Source of the DNA: a bacterium
GTDB lineage: Bacteria; CAYTYR01; UBA6262
DNA length: 64,000 nucleotides
NCBI GenBank assembly: GCA_028712895.1
Contig: JAQTPL010000001.1
Coordinates: 3,681 to 67,680, forward strand
Reading direction: 5' to 3'
Below the pieces are notes generated by a model. It did not search any database. It saw only the letters and a program-made list of their open reading frames with translations, and was not told the origin of the DNA. Of the stretch, positions 36,760 through 47,079 are shown piece after piece. Numbering within the stretch: position 1 is the first letter of the stretch; every line of letters begins with the position of its first letter. The position numbers and the translations under genes were made by a program.

Positions 36760-39700
36760 TTACCAGTTCTTAGCGATGGCCTCTGATAGCAGGGTGAGGT
36801 AGGTAGCAGGCTGGATCTTGTTCTGGTGGCAGATTTCCAGGATCAACTTCTCCTCCACGGTTTGTTGGTAGAATATTTTTTCCTGCAATTCGGATTGGCT
36901 TTTAATCGACGGGTATTTAATATTAGTATCAGTCATCGCCCGGTCCTTGGCATCAATGAGACTGTCGTAAATATCACGTCGTTTAGATTCGCCGGACGGC
37001 AGCTGCGGCGCGATATTTGATCCGCGGCACAGAGTCTTGCGGACGAATCTTGTTTCACCGGAGAATGTCAGTACATGGTACCAGCCTTTTTGCTGGCCGT
37101 TATATTTGAACACATCGCCTTTGAGGCCGATTAAAAGGGCTTGGGCATTCGTGTCAGGCACAGGCTTGATCTCGGCATAAGGCGCATTAATGACGACATA
37201 GCTGTATTCTGCCAGGTCTTCCCTTTCTTCTTCAGCTTTGGCTTTTAGTTCAGCTTCTTTGGCTATCTGTTCTGCTTCTATTTTAGCTTTCAATTCAGCT
37301 GCTGCTTTGGCTTTAGCGTCAGCTTCTTGTTTCATTTTTACTTCACTGGCTTTTCGTTCAGCTGACAGGCGTTCTTTTTCTGCCAGTGCTTTCTGTTCCG
37401 CTTCCTGTTTTTCGAGCTTCGACTTACGCTCAGCTTCCTGCGCTTGCCGCAGGACTTCCTGCTTGGCCCGGCGGTCGAGTTCCTGTTGTGCTTTTTGGGC
37501 TGCTTCTTCGGCTCTGGCTTTTAGTTCTGCTTCTTGGCGGTCTTTCCGTTCTTCAGCTTCACGCAGGATGCGTTCCTGCTCCTGTACTTTTTGCCAGGCA
37601 GACAGCTCATTCATGGTCATTGATTTGGCTGACGATACATCCACGAATCCCATGGCCATGGCTGTGCCGGTAGGTACTTTGATCTCATACCAGTTGTCCC
37701 TGATCCAATTCAGCTTAAAAGCTTCATTTTTTTCAGCTACGTGCAATACGCTAGCCCGAATATCAGGGGCAGTGCGTATCACGGCGTTGTTATCAGATAT
37801 CACGATATATTTATCATTGACATAGGCTTCCATTTTAGCTTTGGCTTCAGCTTCGATCCTGGCTTTGGCCTCGGCTGCTTCTTTGGCTTTGCGTTCAGCT
37901 TCAATAAGGGCTTTTTCTTCAGCTTCCTGTCGGGCTTTCAGTTCTGCCGTGGCTTTGGCTTTAGCCTCAGCTTCCAGTTTCAGTTTTTCTTCACGCGCTT
38001 TCTGTTCCGCTTCCAGCTTGGCGATCAGTTGAGCTTCTTTTAAGGCTTTCTCTTCAGCCTCTTTTTTGATCTTTTCCAGGCGCGCTTCTTCTTGCTGTTG
38101 CCTGAGGGTGGTTAATTCCGTGCTTGAGAGGACTTTGACGACTGTGTTGTGAATATAGGCAGAGCCGGTATTCAGGGCTATTTCATACCATTCCTTGCCC
38201 CTGGAGATGATCTTGAAGCTCTGGCCAGGTTGGGCTTTCTGCACTATTTCGGCAGTCTTGCCGGCAGTTTTCCTGATATTAGTATCCTTAGATTGTACGA
38301 ATACGTATTTGTCTTTGAGCCACTCTTCTTCAGCGGCTCTTTCAGCTTCGAGCTTCAACTTGCGCTCAGCTTCCTCTCGGGCTTTCAGTTCAGCAGCTGC
38401 CCGGAGCTGGCGGGCTTTTTCCTCATTTTCTTTTTGCTGCGCCAGTCGGTATTCATTAAGCTCCTGTTCAGTCATCAATTTAACCAGGGTAGATAAGACA
38501 TAGGCTGTCATTGTAGCTGTACCTTTAGGAACGGCAATCTGGTACCAGGGAACATTTTGCTTATTCGGGGCGATCCAGGTTACTTTAAGAGAGACATCAT
38601 TGTTCGCTTTGGCGATAATAGTTGCTGTTTGTTGTGGTGCCTCTCTAAGATTGGTATTTGCCAGGGTGGTCAGTATATATTTATCTTTTACATAATCTTC
38701 CATTCTGGCTTTTTCTTCGGCTGCTTGCTTTTCGAGCTTCGACTTACGCTCAGCTTCCTCATGGGCTTTCAGTTCAGCGGCTGCCCGGGCCAGCCGTTCT
38801 TTTTCTTCTTTGGCTTTCCTGGCAGTTTCTTCCCTGGCTATCCGCTCTGTTTCCTGTCGCTCTTTGGCCTCGGTTTCAAGACGGGCCTTCTCTGCCGCAG
38901 CTTTCTGCTGGGCTGAACGGTATTCATTAAGTTCCTGTATTGTCATTAATTTGGTCACGGTAGAAGATACATATGCCGGTATGGTCGCAGTACCTGACGG
39001 GATCGCTACCTGGTACCAGGGCACATTTTGCTTATCTGGGGTGATCCAGGTTACTTTCAGGGAAACATCGATTTTTGCTTTGGCTATGATCGCAGAGTTT
39101 TTATCCGGTGCCAGCCGGCAATTAGTATTATCCAGGGTAGTGAGGATATATTTATCTTGGACATAATCTTCCATTCTGGCTTTTTCTTCGGCTTCCTGCT
39201 TTTCGAGCTTCGACTTACGCTCAGCTTCCTCGCGGACTTTCAGTTCAGCGGCTGCCCGGTCAGCTTCCTGCCTGGCTCTAGATTCAGCTTCCTCACGGAG
39301 CTTTAGTTCTTCGGCCGCGCGGAGCTTGCGAGCTTTTTCCTCAGTTGCTTTTTGCTGCGCCAGGCGGTAGTCATTAAGCTGCTTCTTGGTGAGTAATTTA
39401 GCTAATGTGGAAATGATGTATCCTTCCACTGTTTGCGTACCAGAGGATAAACTCACTTGGTACCACGGCACATTGAGCCGGTCTTTGATTATCCAGGTGA
39501 CTTTGAATGATTCACCGCCGGCTACCTTCGTGAGCGGCGGCGCGTTTTCATCCGGAGCTGTCCTGACGTTTGTATTATCGACCATGGCCAGGGCATATTT
39601 ATCGGCGATAAAGGCCTTTGTTTTAGCATCGTCTTTGGCCTGTTGCCTGGCCTGCAGTTCCGCCGCTGCTTTAGCTTTCGCTTCGGCTTCCTGGCGCGCT

Positions 39701-42700
39701 TTCAGTTCTTTTGCCGCCCGGAGTTCACTTGCTTTGCGCTCTGCTTCTTCAGCGGCTGTTTTTTCCGCTGCAGTGATGATTTTGGTAACTCCGGCATGGA
39801 CAAAGACTGTACCTGAGGAAGTGCTGATTTCGTACCAGTCCCTCGTGCGTGAGTTTAGTTTGTAGGTTGTCCCAAGCTTGGCTTTTTCTAAGATCGCGGC
39901 ATTCTTGCTGGCTGACTTGCGCAAATTTGTATTATCAATAGTGATCAGGACATACTGTTCCGGCGCCGGGATTGGCGGTACGGGAATCCTGGCCAGGAGC
40001 AAAGCATCGAGTTCTTCCTTGGTGATCGGTTTGGCCAGCGATGAATGAACATAGGCTTTTATGCTTTGTTTACCAGAGGGGACATCGACCTGATACCAGG
40101 AATTCTTGCCTTCATTGTTTTCAATCCAGGTAAGCTTGTAATAATCCCCGGCTTTGGACCGGGTAATGATTGGTGATGATGTTGACGGGGCTGACCTGAG
40201 ATTGGCATTTTCCGCCTGGATCAGTATGTATTTATCCTGGACCTGGGATTCTATTTTGGCTTTGGCTGCAGCTTCTTTTTTGGCTTTTTCTTCCGCTGCC
40301 AAAGATGCTTTCAGTTCCAATTCTTCCTTAGCTTTGCGCTCAGCTTCCAGTTTAGCCTGTTGTTTAGCTTCCAGCCTGGCTTTTTTCTCAGCTTCTTCTT
40401 TTAGTTTTTCCTGGCGGCGCAATTCCTGCTGTAGGCGATAGTCGTTGAGTTCCTGTCCCGTCATCAGTTTGACCTGTTTGATGGGGACAAAGACCGTACC
40501 TGAAGACGTATCCACGCCGTACCATTCCGCGGTCCTGGTCACGATCTTGAAACTGGTGTCAGGCAGCGCCGTGCCGCTAACAAGAGCATTTTTATTCGGC
40601 GCCGGATAAACGCTGGTTTGCTTATTAACTAATATATATTTATCTTTGAGCCAGGCAATTTCCCGGGCTTTGCGTTCTTCTTCTTCCTTGGCTTTTAAGG
40701 CTGCTGCTTCTTTGCCCCGCAGGTCAGCTTCAGCCCGGAGTAGTTTTTCCCTTTCCAGTTTGGCTATGCGGGCTGCTTCCAGGCGGGTTTTCTCTGCTTC
40801 AGCTGCCCTGCGCTCAGCTTCCTCCTGTTTAGCCAGTTCTTCAGCTGCGCGTTGTTTGCGCAAAAGTGCCGCGCGCTCTTTCCTGATCCCTGATTCAACG
40901 TCAGCCTCGGTAAGTATGTCAACCAAGCCTCTATGGATGAAAGCGTTCTGGTCCGGAGGCAGGAATATCTCGTACCAGTCCTGGTTCCTGGATAGCAGCT
41001 TGAAAATATCAGCTCTTTTTGCGTTGGCCAATATATTTGCAGTGAGCTTCGGTTCAGCGCGCAGGTTGGCATTGGTAGATTTAACCGCTACATATTTATC
41101 TTTGCAAAAGGCTTCATCAATAGCTTTAGCTTCTGCTTCCTGGCGCGTTTTTAGTTCTTCTGCTTCACGTTTCTTCTGTACTGCTTCTTCGCGGGCCTTT
41201 TTAGCCGCTTCTTCTTTAGCCAGCTGTTCAGCTTCGCGTTTGGCTTTAGCTTCTGCTTCCAGGCGTTCTTTTTCTGCGGCGGCTTTTCTTTCAGCAGCCC
41301 GCTTTGCTTCCAAGTCATTAGCCGTGATGACATCAGCCAGGCTACTGGCTATAAAAGCGGTGCCGGAAGACAAACTGATCTCGTACCAGTCTTTGGCCCG
41401 GGAAACAAGCTTGAAAGATTCGCCATTCCTGGTTTTATTTATGATCGTCGCAGTTTTGTTAGGAGACTTGCGCAAGTTTATATTATTCTTGTTTATAATG
41501 ACATATTTATCAGCCAGCCATTCTTCTTCCCGGGCTTTAGCTTCATTTTCCTGTTTTTCGAGCTTCGATTTACGCTCAGCTTCCTCACGGACTTTTAATT
41601 CGGCCGCTTCCCTGGCCCGCTGGTCAGCAGCTTCTTTAATCCTGCGTTCATTTTCCTGCCTGGCTTTTAATTCTTTTTCTTTACGAGCTTTCTCTTCAGC
41701 AGCTTTTTGTTTTTGCTCAGCTAAACCGGTTTCGCTGAGTATTGTGCCCAGGTTATGATTGATAAAAGCTGTGCCGCTGGAGAAATTGATCTCATACCAA
41801 TCTGCCCGGCGCGAAACCAGCTTAAATGAATCACCGATATTGACCGTAGCAAGGATCTTGCCCTTGATATTCGGCACATTTTGCAGGACTGCTTTCCTGA
41901 CGTTGATGAGCACATATTTATCTTTGAGCCATTCTGCTTCCTGGGCTTTGATAGCGGCTTCCCGCTTAGCGGCATCTTCTTTGATCTTTCTTTCATTTTC
42001 CTGCTTTAATTTTAATTCTTCTTCTTTGCGGGCTTTTTCTTCCGCAGCTTTCTTTTCGAGTCGCAGTTTACGTTCCGCTGCCTGGCGCTCCTGTTTCAGC
42101 TGCGCCAATTTATTAGGACCAGCCAGGACATCAGCTTCGGTGATGATCTCCGCCAGGCTGGAGGCTATAAAGCCATTCTGTTCCGGCGGCAAGAATATTT
42201 CATACCAGTTATTCTGGCGTGCCAGTAATTTATAGGTGTTGTCTTTATTGGCCCGGTCCAGGATGCGGCTGTTCTTGTCCGGAGCTTCGCGCAGGTTGAC
42301 CATATTGGCAGTGACCAATACATATTTATCCTTGATCCAGGCGTCTTTTTCAGGTTCAGCCAGAACCTTTGTTTCCACTGCCAGGACCGGTAATGCCGGT
42401 GGAGCAGGCTGCGGCGCTAGCTGGGGTTCAACATCAGGCTTTTCGTTTTTCATCGGCTGGGCTAACTTGTCTGAGATAAAAGCCGTGCCAGAAGACGTGA
42501 GCACTTCATACCAGTCCTTAAAGACCCAGACCAGCTTAAAAACAGTCCCCTGTACCGCAGTAGTGATCACCTTGGATGTGTCATTGGCTTTAGTATATAA
42601 CTTTGCCGACTTTGCCGTCACGGCAACAGTATTCACTTTAAATTGTTTGGCGGATCTGGTAGCTTCATTGATCGCTGCTGTCAGTTCAGTTTCTTTAACG

Positions 42701-43542
42701 ATCTTTACTACTTTGGCCAGGACGAACGCATGCCGCTTGTCAGGAAGTAAGACCGTACACCAATCGCTTTCCTGGGAAAGTATACGGTAATGATCACCTG
42801 GTTTAGCAGTGACCATGATCTTGGCGGTAATATTTGGTTCTTGCCGCAGGATAATATCGTTCTTCATAGCTACAGCATATTGGGCTGCTGCTGGCTGAGG
42901 TTGAGGAGCTGTTTTAGGAGGAATGGCTGCTTTGCGCTGTGCTTTATGCTTTGCCAGCTGGGCCGGCGTGATGATCTTGGCTGCACTCACCGGGACATAA
43001 CTGATCTTATTATTGGGTAAAACTATTTCATACCAGGAACCGGAAACCTTCCGGCTTAATTTGAAGGCATTGTTGATTTTAGCCTGCGCGATGACCGGAC
43101 CGTTTGTTTTTGGGGTTTTGCGGATATATGAACCAGAACTGGTAATAAGCACATAGTCTTTTTCCTGCTCTATTGCCGTTGGCGCAGGTTTTGGTACAAG
43201 GATCTTGCCGCTTTTAGATTTATCCAGTTTTTTGACGCGGGCGTACTTTTTAGACAGGTACCCTTCTTTATTGGCAGAGAGTTCAATGAGGTACCAGTCT
43301 GGCAATTCTCTGAGGACTTTAAAGATCTCGCCTTTGAAAGCGATCTCGGAGATCTTGGCTTCCGGATCCGGGGCTGCCCTGACCTCAGCTTTTTTGATCT
43401 CAACAATGACATGGCCAGGCGCAGCTTGGTCAGGTTTGCGTTGGGCAGACCAAAGGGAGGTACAGAGCAAAGCGGCTACGCTGAGGGTGAGAAAAAAATA
43501 AAATATCTTGATGATACAAGTCTTATTTTTTGTCATATTCAT
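36760..43542 (-). CDS. giant secreted repeat protein (2260 aa): ~17 SH3b-like domains separated by Glu/Lys/Ala/Arg-rich coiled-coil linkers
   Basis: It has a signal peptide. The unit KY(V/I)L...N(L/I)R.AP....I.....G..FKL.....DWYEI....G.AFI is repeated. Linkers resemble EAERKSKLEKQ. Near-identical 31-nt DNA repeats occur at about 37408, 38728, 39200 and 41555. Confidence 0.85.
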   Translation of the reverse strand: MNMTKNKTCIIKIFYFFLTLSVAALLCTSLWSAQRKPDQAAPGHVIVEIKKAEVRAAPDPEAKISEIAFKGEIFKVLRELPDWYLIELSANKEGYLSKKYARVKKLDKSKSGKILVPKPAPTAIEQEKDYVLITSSGSYIRKTPKTNGPVIAQAKINNAFKLSRKVSGSWYEIVLPNNKISYVPVSAAKIITPAQLAKHKAQRKAAIPPKTAPQPQPAAAQYAVAMKNDIILRQEPNITAKIMVTAKPGDHYRILSQESDWCTVLLPDKRHAFVLAKVVKIVKETELTAAINEATRSAKQFKVNTVAVTAKSAKLYTKANDTSKVITTAVQGTVFKLVWVFKDWYEVLTSSGTAFISDKLAQPMKNEKPDVEPQLAPQPAPPALPVLAVETKVLAEPEKDAWIKDKYVLVTANMVNLREAPDKNSRILDRANKDNTYKLLARQNNWYEIFLPPEQNGFIASSLAEIITEADVLAGPNKLAQLKQERQAAERKLRLEKKAAEEKARKEEELKLKQENERKIKEDAAKREAAIKAQEAEWLKDKYVLINVRKAVLQNVPNIKGKILATVNIGDSFKLVSRRADWYEINFSSGTAFINHNLGTILSETGLAEQKQKAAEEKARKEKELKARQENERRIKEAADQRAREAAELKVREEAERKSKLEKQENEAKAREEEWLADKYVIINKNNINLRKSPNKTATIINKTRNGESFKLVSRAKDWYEISLSSGTAFIASSLADVITANDLEAKRAAERKAAAEKERLEAEAKAKREAEQLAKEEAAKKAREEAVQKKREAEELKTRQEAEAKAIDEAFCKDKYVAVKSTNANLRAEPKLTANILANAKRADIFKLLSRNQDWYEIFLPPDQNAFIHRGLVDILTEADVESGIRKERAALLRKQRAAEELAKQEEAERRAAEAEKTRLEAARIAKLEREKLLRAEADLRGKEAAALKAKEEEERKAREIAWLKDKYILVNKQTSVYPAPNKNALVSGTALPDTSFKIVTRTAEWYGVDTSSGTVFVPIKQVKLMTGQELNDYRLQQELRRQEKLKEEAEKKARLEAKQQAKLEAERKAKEELELKASLAAEEKAKKEAAAKAKIESQVQDKYILIQAENANLRSAPSTSSPIITRSKAGDYYKLTWIENNEGKNSWYQVDVPSGKQSIKAYVHSSLAKPITKEELDALLLARIPVPPIPAPEQYVLITIDNTNLRKSASKNAAILEKAKLGTTYKLNSRTRDWYEISTSSGTVFVHAGVTKIITAAEKTAAEEAERKASELRAAKELKARQEAEAKAKAAAELQARQQAKDDAKTKAFIADKYALAMVDNTNVRTAPDENAPPLTKVAGGESFKVTWIIKDRLNVPWYQVSLSSGTQTVEGYIISTLAKLLTKKQLNDYRLAQQKATEEKARKLRAAEELKLREEAESRARQEADRAAAELKVREEAERKSKLEKQEAEEKARMEDYVQDKYILTTLDNTNCRLAPDKNSAIIAKAKIDVSLKVTWITPDKQNVPWYQVAIPSGTATIPAYVSSTVTKLMTIQELNEYRSAQQKAAAEKARLETEAKERQETERIAREETARKAKEEKERLARAAAELKAHEEAERKSKLEKQAAEEKARMEDYVKDKYILTTLANTNLREAPQQTATIIAKANNDVSLKVTWIAPNKQNVPWYQIAVPKGTATMTAYVLSTLVKLMTEQELNEYRLAQQKENEEKARQLRAAAELKAREEAERKLKLEAERAAEEEWLKDKYVFVQSKDTNIRKTAGKTAEIVQKAQPGQSFKIISRGKEWYEIALNTGSAYIHNTVVKVLSSTELTTLRQQQEEARLEKIKKEAEEKALKEAQLIAKLEAEQKAREEKLKLEAEAKAKATAELKARQEAEEKALIEAERKAKEAAEAKARIEAEAKAKMEAYVNDKYIVISDNNAVIRTAPDIRASVLHVAEKNEAFKLNWIRDNWYEIKVPTGTAMAMGFVDVSSAKSMTMNELSAWQKVQEQERILREAEERKDRQEAELKARAEEAAQKAQQELDRRAKQEVLRQAQEAERKSKLEKQEAEQKALAEKERLSAERKASEVKMKQEADAKAKAAAELKAKIEAEQIAKEAELKAKAEEEREDLAEYSYVVINAPYAEIKPVPDTNAQALLIGLKGDVFKYNGQQKGWYHVLTFSGETRFVRKTLCRGSNIAPQLPSGESKRRDIYDSLIDAKDRAMTDTNIKYPSIKSQSELQEKIFYQQTVEEKLILEICHQNKIQPATYLTLLSEAIAKNW

Positions 43543-43599
43543 CCCTGTAGAGTTAATATTTTATTCTACACAAATTCCTGATTTAAGTCAATGAAAAAT

Positions 43600-43629
43600 A
43601 AAAAAACCCGCCAAGTTTAAATTGGCGGG
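43600..43629 (-). terminator. intrinsic terminator
   Basis: On the minus strand, cccgccaatttaaacttggcggg is followed by ttttttattttt. Confidence 0.7.
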
Positions 43630-43653
43630 TTAAGGTGATCATTTGCTGAGCGA

Positions 43654-43746
43654 TTATCCTTCCCTTTTTTTTAGCTCTTTATCTATAAATAACATTGCGG
43701 CATTGATCTGTGCGTTGATCGCATCTTGCATCTTCTTGCTGATCAT
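43654..43746 (-). CDS. candidate 30-aa small ORF with strong SD, followed by its own terminator
   Basis: On the minus strand, GGAGG lies 5 nt before the ATG. It encodes MISKKMQDAINAQINAAMLFIDKELKKREG. A terminator follows 20 nt downstream. Confidence 0.3.
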   Translation of the reverse strand: MISKKMQDAINAQINAAMLFIDKELKKREG

Positions 43747-43819
43747 AAAATCCTCCGCTAGATGGTTGTTTCTTTAGTTTCTATTTATACAATTTATAAG
43801 GTAATAAGTCAAGTTATCT

Positions 43820-44347
43820 TTACCGGTAATTGATACATTGTAAAGGCAAAGCAAAATCAAGACCATGCAGGTACTGTATGACCGCCTGTAGTTCATCTTT
43901 TTTAGCGCTGGACACTCTCAGTTTTTCGCCTTCGATCTGGACCTGGACTTTGACATTGAGTTTTTTGATCAGCTGGACCAGTTCTTTGGCTTTTTCTTTT
44001 TCCAGGCCGACAGCGATATTAGCCAGCTGCCTGATAGTTCCGCCAAGGGCTGTTTCTTCAGGTTTATAGGCCAGGGCTTTCGGCGAGATCTTCCGGGAAA
44101 CGAAACGGTTGGATAATATTTCCTTGAGAGCGCGGAGTTTGTAAGCGTCATCAGCAGTCAAGGTAATGGTTTTTTCAGTTTTGTTTAATTCTATTCCAGC
44201 TTTAGAGTTTTTAAAGTCATAGCGCTGGGAGATTTCCTTGAGCGCCTGGTTAACTGCATTATCGACTTCCTGCAGGTCAACCTGCGAAACTACGTCAAAA
44301 GAAAAAGTAGAGGCCACTAGTATCTCCTTTTTTTGGGTTTTGATCAA
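43820..44347 (-). CDS. yajQ: YajQ family (UPF0234) nucleotide/c-di-GMP-binding protein
   Basis: STFSFDVVSQVDLQEVDNAVNQALKEISQRYDFK is the typical YajQ N-terminus. The true start is probably internal. Confidence 0.75.
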   Translation of the reverse strand: MIKTQKKEILVASTFSFDVVSQVDLQEVDNAVNQALKEISQRYDFKNSKAGIELNKTEKTITLTADDAYKLRALKEILSNRFVSRKISPKALAYKPEETALGGTIRQLANIAVGLEKEKAKELVQLIKKLNVKVQVQIEGEKLRVSSAKKDELQAVIQYLHGLDFALPLQCINYR

Positions 44348-44350
44348 CTA

Positions 44351-45700
44351 TCAACTTAATTTGTTTTTAACTATGTCAGCTACTTTCTTGGCCAGCTTAT
44401 CAGCGATATCCTGGGTAGAAGCTTCCACCATTACCCGGCAGAGCATCTGCGTGCCCGAATAACGCACCAGGATACGTCCCTGGTCTTTCAGTTCATTCTC
44501 TGCCGCCCGGACTGCTTGCATGATCTCTGCCTCAGCGCTCAATTCAGGTTTGGACTTGACCTGCACGTTGATCGTGTTTTGCGGATAGATCTTCATCATC
44601 TGTGCCACTTGCGAGAAGGGTTTGTTTTCTTTCTTCAAGCTGGCCAGCAACTGCAGGGCTGAGATCAAACCATCGCCGGTATTATGATAGTCCAGGAAAA
44701 TGATATGGCCGGAATCTTCCCCGCCGATGACCGCCCCTTTTTTCAGCATTTCTTCCAGGACGTAACGGTCGCCGACATTGGTCGTGACATGCCCGATATT
44801 ATTTTGCTTGGAAAACACGGTCAGTCCCAGGTTGCTCATTACGGTGCTGACCAGGATATCATTCTTGAGCTTGCCTTCTTTTTTCAGGGTATTGGTGCAG
44901 ATAGCCAGCATGCGGTCGCCGGTGACGATCCCGCCCTTTTCATCCGACGCTATGCACCGGTCGCCATCGCCGTCAAAAGCCAGTCCGACATCAGCTTTTT
45001 CTTTGACCACTTCATTAGCCATGACCTCAGGATGCAAAGCGCCGCAGTTGGCATTGATGTTTTTACCGTCCGGATTGTTATTCATAATGACTACTTTGGC
45101 TCCCAGCTCTTCAAAAATGCACGGGGCTATTCTATAGGTGGCGCCATTACCGCAATCTATGACTATTTTCAATCCTTCCAGGTTCAATTCATTGGGAAAC
45201 GTTTTCTTCAGGAAGGTAATATACCTGCCGCGGGCGTCATCGATACGGAATGCTTTGCCCACTTCTTCCGCGGTTGGGCGCAGGGCATCGATACTTTTAG
45301 AGAAGATCATTTCTTCTATTTCGTTTTCCACATCATCCGGCAATTTGTAACCGTCGCGGTTGAAGATCTTGATGCCATTGTCCTGGAACGGATTGTGGCT
45401 GGCAGAAATGACAATGCCGGCATCAGCTTTGAGATCAGTGGTTAAAAAAGAAATAGCTGGCGTAGGCATGGGGCCGACCAACAAAGCATCCACACCCATG
45501 GAGCAAATACCTGCTACCAGGGCGTTCTCGATCATATAGCCGGATAACCGGGTATCCTTGCCGATGACGATCCTATGCCTGTATTTATGATGTTTGCAAT
45601 AGTGAGCCACTGCACGGCCGATCTGCATGGTGATCTCCGCAGTCATCGGATAGACATTGGCCACTCCTCTTACTCCGTCTGTGCCAAATAACTTGCCCAT
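44351..45700 (-). CDS. glmM: phosphoglucosamine mutase
   Basis: The N-terminus is MGKLFGTDGVRG. The active-site region is GIVISASHNPFQDNGIKIF. Confidence 0.9.
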   Translation of the reverse strand: MGKLFGTDGVRGVANVYPMTAEITMQIGRAVAHYCKHHKYRHRIVIGKDTRLSGYMIENALVAGICSMGVDALLVGPMPTPAISFLTTDLKADAGIVISASHNPFQDNGIKIFNRDGYKLPDDVENEIEEMIFSKSIDALRPTAEEVGKAFRIDDARGRYITFLKKTFPNELNLEGLKIVIDCGNGATYRIAPCIFEELGAKVVIMNNNPDGKNINANCGALHPEVMANEVVKEKADVGLAFDGDGDRCIASDEKGGIVTGDRMLAICTNTLKKEGKLKNDILVSTVMSNLGLTVFSKQNNIGHVTTNVGDRYVLEEMLKKGAVIGGEDSGHIIFLDYHNTGDGLISALQLLASLKKENKPFSQVAQMMKIYPQNTINVQVKSKPELSAEAEIMQAVRAAENELKDQGRILVRYSGTQMLCRVMVEASTQDIADKLAKKVADIVKNKLS

Positions 45701-45778
45701 TAGGCCTCCATAAAAAAGTCACGGGTCGTGAGTCGCGTGTCTTGAATTTTAATTTTATACCACAAAAAACCATCTAAT

Positions 45779-47029
45779 TCAACAGATATTTGCCAGAATA
45801 TGGTCGTCTTGTATTTTGCGCAGTTTTACCCTGATTAACTGGTTCTTCAGGTTCTGGGTTGAGCGTACCCTTATTTTCAGGTAATTATCAGTATGGCCTT
45901 CCCAAAAACCAGGCGCTTCTTTAACTCGGTCTTCAAAAAGCACCGGCATTATTTTGTTGATAAATCTTTTCATAAAAGCTATTTCGCCAGCCCGGGCCAA
46001 AGCTTTCATTTTATTAAATCGTTCAATAATAATATTTGCCGGAACTGGATCCTGAAAAGAAGCAGCTGCCGTACCTGTTCTTCGGCTATACGGGAAAATA
46101 TGGATGCGCATAGGTTTGACTGCTTTCAGCAGCTTTACCGTGGTTTTAAAATCTTCATTAGTTTCTCCGGGGAACCCGACCATAATGTCTGTGCTGATAC
46201 CGATACCAGGGACTTTCTTCTGTGCTGTTTTGAGCAGGTCAGAATAGAGTTTGAAACTGGCTCGGCGATTCATCCGGCGTAAAACACTATCAGCGCCGCT
46301 TTGGATAGGGATATGCAGGTGACGGCATAGTTTCCCGGATCGGGCCATCTGGTCGATTAAAGCGTTTGTTAGGTCCCAGGCTTCCAGGGAACTGAGCCTG
46401 ATACGCTCAAGACCTTTGATTTTTTCCAGGGCTTTTATCACCTGCAGCAAGCCAGTTTTTGGTTTCAGGTCTTGTCCATATAAACCCAGGCATACTCCGC
46501 AGAGCACTATTTCTCTAAATCCCCTGCCAGCAAGCTGTTTGGCTTCAGCTATCACATTGGCTAATGGTTTACTACGGGACCTCCCCCTAACGATATGCAC
46601 TTTGCAGTATGAGCAGGAATTATTACAGCCGTCCTGGATCTTCAGGAACGGGCGGGCATGGTCCTGGAAGCCGGAGATCGCCGGTAAGGCTGGCTTTATC
46701 GGGGTGACTTTGGTCACTCCCGGTATTTTAGCGAGAACCCGGGCATCTAACCGGGCATAGCAGCCGGTTACCACTATTTCGGCGTGGGGATTTTCGCGAT
46801 GGGCGTAGTGGATATAATGGCGGGATTTTTTATCGGCTGAAGCTGTTACCGTACAGGTATTGATTATGTATAGATCAGCCGGGCCGGCAGCAGTAATTTC
46901 TACGTATCCCCGGCGCTGGTAATCTTCCCTGATCACCTGGCTGTCATACTGGTTGATCTTGCATCCTAACGTATAGATCTTAAAAGTTTTCATACGTACT
47001 ATAATAACAAAAGAGACGCTAGTGCGCAA
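45779..47029 (-). CDS. MiaB/RimO/MtaB-family radical SAM methylthiotransferase
   Basis: The MTTase N-domain is KIYTLGCKINQYDSQ, with radical SAM CSYC and a C-terminal TRAM. The likely true start is at MKTF (~46993), because a hairpin at 47016-47045 overlaps the longer N-terminus. Confidence 0.75.
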   Translation of the reverse strand: MRTSVSFVIIVRMKTFKIYTLGCKINQYDSQVIREDYQRRGYVEITAAGPADLYIINTCTVTASADKKSRHYIHYAHRENPHAEIVVTGCYARLDARVLAKIPGVTKVTPIKPALPAISGFQDHARPFLKIQDGCNNSCSYCKVHIVRGRSRSKPLANVIAEAKQLAGRGFREIVLCGVCLGLYGQDLKPKTGLLQVIKALEKIKGLERIRLSSLEAWDLTNALIDQMARSGKLCRHLHIPIQSGADSVLRRMNRRASFKLYSDLLKTAQKKVPGIGISTDIMVGFPGETNEDFKTTVKLLKAVKPMRIHIFPYSRRTGTAAASFQDPVPANIIIERFNKMKALARAGEIAFMKRFINKIMPVLFEDRVKEAPGFWEGHTDNYLKIRVRSTQNLKNQLIRVKLRKIQDDHILANIC

Positions 47030-47079
47030 GCGCCTCTTTGATATTTTTTATGGTTGATCCCTGGATTAAGGTTTTTTGG

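Noticed and set aside
37238-42790. Numerous long plus-strand ORFs (for example 40646..41758, 370 aa; 37238..37825; 42236..42790) inside the giant-gene interval
   Set aside because: They are antisense to the repeat-rich giant CDS and encode low-complexity Ser/Ala/Leu-rich strings. This is the expected artefact of reading GAA/AAG/GCT-rich codons in reverse, with no independent start or RBS context.
36760-43542. Possible CRISPR-like array suggested by the regularly spaced near-identical 31-nt repeats
   Set aside because: The repeats lie in-frame inside one continuous ORF and encode the EAERKSKLEKQ linker. The spacing (~480-1300 nt) and the coding periodicity are incompatible with a CRISPR array, and there is no cas gene nearby.
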